64,000 nt of DNA from Patescibacteria group bacterium (lineage in GTDB: Bacteria > Patescibacteriota > JACPGU01): the NCBI GenBank assembly GCA_041675145.1, contig JBAYUK010000002.1, positions 216,530 to 280,529 of the forward strand, read 5' to 3'. Positions 51,929 to 61,176 of the stretch are shown here, one piece after another (positions within the stretch are counted from its first letter, which is position 1; each line of letters opens with the position of its first letter). The notes under the pieces are model-generated. The model was not told where the DNA came from. It searched no databases and saw only the letters and a list, made by a program, of their open reading frames with translations. The translations under genes and the position numbers were made by a program.

Positions 51929-52001
51929 GGGCCCTTAGCTCACTTGGTAGAGCGCCTCGTTTGCACCGAGGAGGTAAGCGGTTCGAATCCGCTAGGGTCC
52001 A
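51929..52001 (+). tRNA. tRNA-Ala (TGC)
   Basis: Acceptor GGGCCCT/AGGGTCC with the G3:U70 identity pair, anticodon stem CCTCG/CGAGG with loop TTTGCAC, T-arm AGCGG-TTCGAAT-CCGCT. Confidence 0.9.
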
Positions 52002-52007
52002 CTTTAG

Positions 52008-52039
52008 AACAAAAGAACCTCTTGCGAGGTTCTTTTGTG
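52008..52039 (+). terminator. strong 13-bp stem-loop immediately after tRNA-Ala (a terminator or processing hairpin)
   Basis: ACAAAAGAACCTC-ttgc-GAGGTTCTTTTGT. The loop and 3' flank contain TTGCGA-16 nt-TATAAT. Confidence 0.45.
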
Positions 52040-52056
52040 ATAATATAATAGACCTT

Positions 52057-52881
52057 ATGCAGGAAACTTTTTCACTTATTGTTTTTAATACATGGAACGG
52101 AAGACGATGGGAGGAGTATGTTCGGTTTTTAGAAGATACAAAAAGTAGTACCGATATATATTGCTTCCAGGAAGTTCTCAATGGTCATGAACCAGGATTT
52201 ACTAAGAGTACGGGCTCGCGTATCAATCATATTACCGAAACTACAAAGATTCTCAATGCAGGGTATGTGGCATTTGCAAATCGCCAAGCCTATTTCAAGA
52301 AAGATGTACTGCTTGAGTTTCTCCCGTATGGTATCGCTACCGTTCATGATATTAACCATAAGAGAAACTTGCGATTAACTGAAAGACAAGATATTTTTTT
52401 GGTCGGTGCTATGGACAGTTGCGATGATCCATACGCAGAAAATGTTCAGTTACCTGTCGTAATTCAGAAAATTCGTTATGAAACATTTGACGGGAAACCT
52501 TTCTATATTCTCAATCTCCATGGTTATTGGCAGGATGGAATTGGAAAAGGGGATCATCCAGTGCGGCTTGAGCAAACGAAGAAGCTAGTGACGATTCTTG
52601 AAGGTTTGGATGCTCCCTGGGTTCTAGCGGGGGATTTTAATATGAATCTAAATTCAGAGAGTATCCGTTTATTAGAAGCGCTCCCAGGCGCCCGGAACCT
52701 TATACGCGAATATGAAGTCACTACTACCAGGACAAGCCTTTACCCAGAAGTGAAGCGCCTTAAGGAGCCACACGCTGATTATATTTTTGTCAAAAATATC
52801 GCCATAGATTCATTTAGGGTAGACCCTGGTTTACTAGTCTCGGATCATGCCCCGATGTATCTTGATTTCGGTGTAGTGTAG
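52057..52881 (+). CDS. endonuclease/exonuclease/phosphatase (EEP, DNase I-like) family protein encoded inside the rRNA operon spacer
   Basis: 274 aa with the ordered EEP motifs IVFNTWNG, CFQEV (catalytic Glu), LAGDFNMN and SDHAPMYLDF. There is no signal peptide. The ATG sits 7 nt after a TATAAT, consistent with a leaderless transcript. Confidence 0.75.
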   Translation: MQETFSLIVFNTWNGRRWEEYVRFLEDTKSSTDIYCFQEVLNGHEPGFTKSTGSRINHITETTKILNAGYVAFANRQAYFKKDVLLEFLPYGIATVHDINHKRNLRLTERQDIFLVGAMDSCDDPYAENVQLPVVIQKIRYETFDGKPFYILNLHGYWQDGIGKGDHPVRLEQTKKLVTILEGLDAPWVLAGDFNMNLNSESIRLLEALPGARNLIREYEVTTTRTSLYPEVKRLKEPHADYIFVKNIAIDSFRVDPGLLVSDHAPMYLDFGVV

Positions 52882-53044
52882 CCGCTTGTTTTCTCCCTAA
52901 AATAAGTGCTTGACGGGAGGTATCTTTATAGATTAAAATGCAAGGACAGGTTTAGCCCTGTTTTATTTATCTTATTCAATGATTTTTTCTCAAACACACA
53001 GTATTTCACAGATACAGCCGTAGCCCGAGGAGAAACCCTCTTGG

Positions 53045-53067
53045 CCGCTGTAGAAGCGGTTTTTTTA
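53045..53067 (+). terminator. rho-independent terminator downstream of the EEP gene
   Basis: CCGCT-gtaga-AGCGG followed by TTTTTTTA. Confidence 0.5.
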
Positions 53068-53233
53068 TCCCCATTTGGCCCACAATTTAGTATTTCTTTC
53101 ATGAGGAATACTAATAGTGAATCAAATCTGTACATTAAAAATTTTGAAATTCGAGTAACAAAGTAACTTCGAAGGTTAACATGTATTGTGAATCGCAAGA
53201 GACGCACAAGGTATAATGCTTTGCGCGTTGTAG

Positions 53234-56201
<2,968 letters not shown>

Positions 56202-56276
56202 TACAACGCCAAGAGCGTTATGGAACTTCGCATTGCTTTGTGATACTCGAATTTCAAAAATATTTCATAGATACTA

Positions 56277-56383
<107 letters not shown>

Positions 56384-56418
56384 CAGTATCTATGAAATTG
56401 TACAGATTGATCTCAAAG

Positions 56419-56450
56419 AAAACCCCTCCACATTGTGGAGGGGTTTTCTT
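56419..56450 (+). terminator. rho-independent terminator of the rRNA operon
   Basis: AAAACCCCTCCA-cattg-TGGAGGGGTTTT followed by CTTGT. Confidence 0.65.
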
Positions 56451-56503
56451 GTGGTTCTCCTGTTTATCTGGCATACTAGAGGTACTATTACATACAAACT
56501 ATT

Positions 56504-56863
56504 ATGAATATACCAGATGAGAATATTGACGATGTAGTGCGCGATGAGGCTGTGGTTCACGAGGCTTTTGAAGCACAAAAGATTACTCCAGAGGAGCTAT
56601 CTTCAATTGAAACAGTAGAGCAGTTACAAGCTCAGTCACAGACATTGCAGGCTGGCGAAGCGCTAGAAGAGGTTTCGGATGTTGTTATGCCATCTAGTGA
56701 AGATCATGGGAAAATAGAGGAGATAATAATTCCTTCTCAAGTAACTTCAAAAGAACAAGTAAGTGCAACAACAGATGTACCTGAATCCTTACAAGAGATT
56801 AAAGAGAACAGTGAAGTATCTAACGAAGTTAAGCCTCACAATTCTGAGATTAAGAATCGATAG
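56504..56863 (+). CDS. hypothetical acidic protein (119 aa)
   Basis: Glu/Asp/Gln-rich with no motif. It lies in the same orientation directly upstream of mutM. Confidence 0.4.
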   Translation: MNIPDENIDDVVRDEAVVHEAFEAQKITPEELSSIETVEQLQAQSQTLQAGEALEEVSDVVMPSSEDHGKIEEIIIPSQVTSKEQVSATTDVPESLQEIKENSEVSNEVKPHNSEIKNR

Positions 56864-56871
56864 TATTTTCT

Positions 56872-57753
56872 ATGCCAGAATTACCCGAGGTACAAACGGT
56901 AGTAGATGGATTGAACCAAAAAATGGTAGGGCATACTATTCTGGATTTGGTGTATTGTGATGCACCAAAACTTATTCACGGAGCAACGCTTGCAGGGTTT
57001 AAGAAAGAAGTTACAGGTCAAAAAATAGTTCGCGTTACCCGCCGTGCAAAAAATATTTTGATATATCTCTCGGGAGGTAAGATACTTCATGTGCATTTAA
57101 AAATGACGGGCCACTTGATTGTAAAAAAAGATACATACAAAGTAGTAGACGGAAAGTGGCAGGGAAGTAATCTACCGCCAGAACTTACAGACCCCATTAA
57201 TCAGTTCATTCATATTGTTTTTTTGTTGTCAGGTGGATTGCAACTCGCGTACTCAGATATGCGTAAGTTTGGTTTTTTTCACCTCATAGATACCGATGGA
57301 GTGTTAGAGGTGGATGAGAGACATGGACCGGAACCTGTATATAATCCAGATTTTACTCTTGAGGTCTTTAGGGTGATACTCAAGAAATACCCTAACAATA
57401 AGATAAAGGCATTACTACTAGACCAGCAAAAGATTGCAGGTATTGGTAATATATATGGAGATGAAATATTGTTTCTTGCGCGGGTTCTTCCTGATCGAAA
57501 AGCTGGATCACTATCTACTATAGAAACGAAGAGAGTGTACGAGAATATTGAACCAGTATTGCTTGATGCAATTAAGAAGCGAGGTACGAGTATCGGTGAC
57601 TTTCGTGACTCAGATGGGAGGATAGGGAGTTATCAAGAGTCGCGTTTGGTCTACGGACGCGAAGGACAGAGCTGTGGAGTGTGCGGGAGTATAATTAAAA
57701 GAATAAAGATTGGGCAACGCAGTGCTCATTTTTGTTCCACATGTCAAAAATAA
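56872..57753 (+). CDS. mutM: formamidopyrimidine-DNA glycosylase (Fpg/Nei family)
   Basis: N-terminal MPELPEV (catalytic Pro2/Glu3), an H2TH domain and a C-terminal zinc finger CGVCGSIIKRIKIGQRSAHFCSTCQ. Confidence 0.85.
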   Translation: MPELPEVQTVVDGLNQKMVGHTILDLVYCDAPKLIHGATLAGFKKEVTGQKIVRVTRRAKNILIYLSGGKILHVHLKMTGHLIVKKDTYKVVDGKWQGSNLPPELTDPINQFIHIVFLLSGGLQLAYSDMRKFGFFHLIDTDGVLEVDERHGPEPVYNPDFTLEVFRVILKKYPNNKIKALLLDQQKIAGIGNIYGDEILFLARVLPDRKAGSLSTIETKRVYENIEPVLLDAIKKRGTSIGDFRDSDGRIGSYQESRLVYGREGQSCGVCGSIIKRIKIGQRSAHFCSTCQK

Positions 57754-57754
57754 C

Positions 57755-58504
57755 ATGAACGAGTTTTATAAAACAGAAGGCATTATTATTGGAAAGCGAG
57801 ATTTCTCTGAGGCAGATAAACTGCTGATCGTTTTGACGCCTGACATGGGAAAGATTACGATTAAAGCCAAAGGGCTCAAGAAGACACTCGCTAAAATGAG
57901 TGGGCACTTAGAACTCTTCAATCAGGTAAAAATTGAGATGGTGCAAGGGAGAACTTTTTTTATTGCAACTGGTGCGCAGACAATTGAAAATTTTAACAAT
58001 GCAAAAAACGATTTCTCACGAATGAGCACCTTGTACTATTTAGGGGAGTTGGTAAACAACCTAGTGCCTGACCATATTCCACAAAAAGAGGTGTATCAGA
58101 ATTTAGTCCAGGCCATTGCAATGGTTTCTGCTAACACATTTGATATGGCAATTGTAACTCTCTCGTTTGAAGTACAGCTTCTTCACTTATTAGGGTACAA
58201 GCCAGAGCTTGGCAACTGTGTAGTGTGTCACAACGCTGTTATAGCAGAAGGATTTTGTATGAGTGTAGAAAAAGGAGGGGTGATGTGTACTGTATGTGGT
58301 CATGATGACTGGCAGACGCGCACATTATCTACTAACGCACTGAAAGCAATGAGGCTGATGGGATCGTATAATTTTGATACTGTTTCTAAAGTGAGAATAG
58401 AACAAGGAATTGTAGGGGAGCTGAGAAGTATTTTAGATTTGTTGCTTGAACAACAAATGGGGAAGCGGTTAAAATCACGATCATTTTTACAAGCAATCGT
58501 ATGA
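57755..58504 (+). CDS. recO: DNA repair protein RecO
   Basis: N-terminal OB fold (GIIIGKRDFSEADKLLIVLT) and a C-terminal CxxC...CxxC zinc motif. The start is set at ATG 57755 (MNEFYKT). Confidence 0.8.
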   Translation: MNEFYKTEGIIIGKRDFSEADKLLIVLTPDMGKITIKAKGLKKTLAKMSGHLELFNQVKIEMVQGRTFFIATGAQTIENFNNAKNDFSRMSTLYYLGELVNNLVPDHIPQKEVYQNLVQAIAMVSANTFDMAIVTLSFEVQLLHLLGYKPELGNCVVCHNAVIAEGFCMSVEKGGVMCTVCGHDDWQTRTLSTNALKAMRLMGSYNFDTVSKVRIEQGIVGELRSILDLLLEQQMGKRLKSRSFLQAIV

Positions 58505-59646
58505 CGCAACACAATAAAGAAAATCTATCTTCAGTATGGTGTGAGATACAGCTTGCTAACATCTCACATAATGTTGATGTGATAAAAAAGAATATTGGAA
58601 AGACAAAACTAATGGCGGTTTTGAAGTCTAATGCGTATGGCCATGGACTGGTTGCGGTTGGTTTGCATTTAGATACTAAAAAAGAAGTAGACTACTTTGG
58701 TGTCTATACGGTAGAAGAAGGAGTAGCTCTAAGGGTTGCTGGAGTTACAAAACGTATTGTAGTGTTAGGTCCGATTTTCAACGAGGGGGATTACCAACTA
58801 ATTCACGACCATTCCTTAGAATTTATGTTGATGGGTATGGATGAAATGAGCGCGCTTGTAGCTCACTCTCACTTAAAGTTTAAGGTGCATATTAAAATAG
58901 ATACGGGACTGCATCGTTTTGGTTTTGATCCATCAGAGATGGCGCAGGTTATTATGCTCCTTGAAAATAATACCCATATTATTCCTGTCGGAGTTGCATC
59001 ACACCTTGCATCTCTCGAAGATGGCATGCTGGACTATACGCATAAACAGATTACGCTTTTTACTCAATCAGTTCGCATGTTGCAGTCTCATGGGTTTGCG
59101 CTCATCAAACATATCGGAGCAGCTAGTTCACTATTATCAATTCCAGAAGCTCACTTTGACATGGTACGAGTTGGTATTAGTTTGTACGGTTTGTGGCCAA
59201 CAGACGAGATGCAAAAAAAATATTCGAATAAACTTGATCTTCGTGCCGCACTTTCTTTTAAGACGAGAATTGCATATCGTAAGAGAATTGAAGCAGGGGA
59301 CTTCATTGGGTATGGTGGAACATTTAAAGCAGATACAAAAATGACCATTGGTATCTTGCCAGTTGGCTATTATGAGGGCCTGGATAGAAGACTATCTAAT
59401 ATAGGAGAAGTATTAGTAGGTGGAAAAAGAGTAAAGATTATTGGTCGAATAGGTATGAATACTGCAATAATAGATTTAACAGATGTTCCTGCTGTGCGAG
59501 TGGGTGACGAAGTTGTTTTAATAGGAGAAGACGGGTCTGGAAATACGATATCTGCGGAAGAGATGGCTGGCTTAATTGGCACGGTCCCGCACGAGATTAC
59601 GACTGCTCGTATCCCAGATTTTGTGCCACGGATCTATTTAGGGTAG
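58501..59646 (+). CDS. alr: alanine racemase
   Basis: PLP-lysine motif AVLKSNAYGHG and a C-terminal beta-domain. Confidence 0.85.
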   Translation: MTQHNKENLSSVWCEIQLANISHNVDVIKKNIGKTKLMAVLKSNAYGHGLVAVGLHLDTKKEVDYFGVYTVEEGVALRVAGVTKRIVVLGPIFNEGDYQLIHDHSLEFMLMGMDEMSALVAHSHLKFKVHIKIDTGLHRFGFDPSEMAQVIMLLENNTHIIPVGVASHLASLEDGMLDYTHKQITLFTQSVRMLQSHGFALIKHIGAASSLLSIPEAHFDMVRVGISLYGLWPTDEMQKKYSNKLDLRAALSFKTRIAYRKRIEAGDFIGYGGTFKADTKMTIGILPVGYYEGLDRRLSNIGEVLVGGKRVKIIGRIGMNTAIIDLTDVPAVRVGDEVVLIGEDGSGNTISAEEMAGLIGTVPHEITTARIPDFVPRIYLG

Positions 59647-59678
59647 AATAATACATATATAAGAACTAAACGAAGCAT

Positions 59679-61139
59679 ATGGCAGAGCAACAGGTGACTA
59701 TGGAAAAGATTGTAAGTCTGTGTAAAAGACGGGGATTTGTATTCCCAGGTTCAGATATTTACGGAGGACTAGCCAACTCATGGGATTACGGTCCTTTAGG
59801 AGTGGAGCTCAAGAATAATATCAAGCAACTGTGGTGGAAGACGTTTGTTCACGATCGTGACGATATGGTCGGTATTGATGCTGCTATTATTATGAATCCA
59901 AAGGTGTGGGAGGCAAGTGGCCATGTAGCAACCTTTAACGACCCGCTTGTAGAGGATAAAAAAACGAACGAACGATTCCGCCTTGATCACCTTCTTGAAG
60001 AGAATGGTGTTAATGTGGCTGGCATGACTTTTGAACAGATGGCAGCTAAGCTTTATGACCTGGGACTCAAGAGCCCGAAAGGAAATGAACTGTCTACACC
60101 GAAGAAGTTTAACCTGATGTTTGAGACATATATAGGCCCTGTAAATCCTCTTTACGATGCCTGGGATGCAATGAAGGGTAGGATTCTACCAAATGAAAAT
60201 TGGGATGAAGATCGTGCAAGGAATCTAATGGCCGGATTAGACAAGGGAAGGGTTTATTTGCGCCCTGAGACTGCTCAGGCGATGTTTGTAAATTTTAAGA
60301 ATGTAATCCAGTCTACCCGCAGTCAGATTCCTTTTGGAATCGCACAAATCGGAAAAGCGTTTCGTAACGAAATTACTCCCGGTAACTTCATATTTAGACA
60401 ACGTGAGTTTGAGCAGATGGAGATTGAGTACTTTGTGCATCCAAGCCGGGCCAGTGAAGCTTTTGAATACTGGCTCATGCGTCAAAAAGAGTGGGTGAAG
60501 ACTATTGGACTCGATGAAGCAAACGTGCGCTACATAGAAATACCTGATTCAGATCGCGCTCACTACAGTAGCAGAAGTGTCGATACTGAGTATATTTTTC
60601 CTTTTGGACAGAAAGAGCTGTATGGACTCGCGAATCGAACTGATTTTGACTTGAAAAGCCATATTGAACACTCGGGTCAGTCGCTTGACTATGTTGATCC
60701 GCAAACAAACGAAAAGTATGTTCCATATTGTATAGAGCCAACCTGGGGCGTAGATCGTACGGTTCTAGCTGTTCTTTGTGCTGCATACAAGGAAGAAGGT
60801 GAAGGGGATGAGAAGCGGGTCTATCTCGCTCTTGCCCCAAAACTTGCGCCTTATACGGTGGCAGTATTTCCGCTTATGAAAAACAAGCCAGAGCTAGTAG
60901 AAAAAGCTCAGGGTATATATAGAGAGTTAAAGAAGAACTTTACCGTTGCGTGGGATGATCGAGGTAACGTAGGGAAGCGGTACTATGCTCAGGATGAGAT
61001 AGGAACCCCGTGGTGTGTTACGGTTGATTTTGAGACGCTTGAGGATAACACAGTTACGATTCGTAATCGTGACACTATGCAACAGGAGAGAATAGTAATT
61101 TCTGAGCTCGGAAAATATATACAAGAAAGGCTTGTGTAA
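59679..61139 (+). CDS. glyQS: glycine--tRNA ligase (dimeric class II GlyQS)
   Basis: RRGFVFPGSDIYGGLANSWDYGPLG, the FRNEITPGNFIFRQREFEQME motif 2/3 region and a C-terminal anticodon-binding domain. Confidence 0.9.
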   Translation: MAEQQVTMEKIVSLCKRRGFVFPGSDIYGGLANSWDYGPLGVELKNNIKQLWWKTFVHDRDDMVGIDAAIIMNPKVWEASGHVATFNDPLVEDKKTNERFRLDHLLEENGVNVAGMTFEQMAAKLYDLGLKSPKGNELSTPKKFNLMFETYIGPVNPLYDAWDAMKGRILPNENWDEDRARNLMAGLDKGRVYLRPETAQAMFVNFKNVIQSTRSQIPFGIAQIGKAFRNEITPGNFIFRQREFEQMEIEYFVHPSRASEAFEYWLMRQKEWVKTIGLDEANVRYIEIPDSDRAHYSSRSVDTEYIFPFGQKELYGLANRTDFDLKSHIEHSGQSLDYVDPQTNEKYVPYCIEPTWGVDRTVLAVLCAAYKEEGEGDEKRVYLALAPKLAPYTVAVFPLMKNKPELVEKAQGIYRELKKNFTVAWDDRGNVGKRYYAQDEIGTPWCVTVDFETLEDNTVTIRNRDTMQQERIVISELGKYIQERLV

Positions 61140-61176
61140 ACATCAAAGTACAGATACAATCAAGACAAAGATATAC

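Noticed and set aside
53186-53233. Candidate promoter (TTGTGA...TATAAT at 53212) just upstream of the 23S 5' end
   Set aside because: The -35/-10 spacing is poor (20 nt). It is mentioned only as supporting context for possible separate 23S transcription and is not listed as a feature.
58919-59344. 141-aa + strand ORF inside alr
   Set aside because: Out-of-frame overlap with alanine racemase, whose frame has clear PLP-enzyme motifs.
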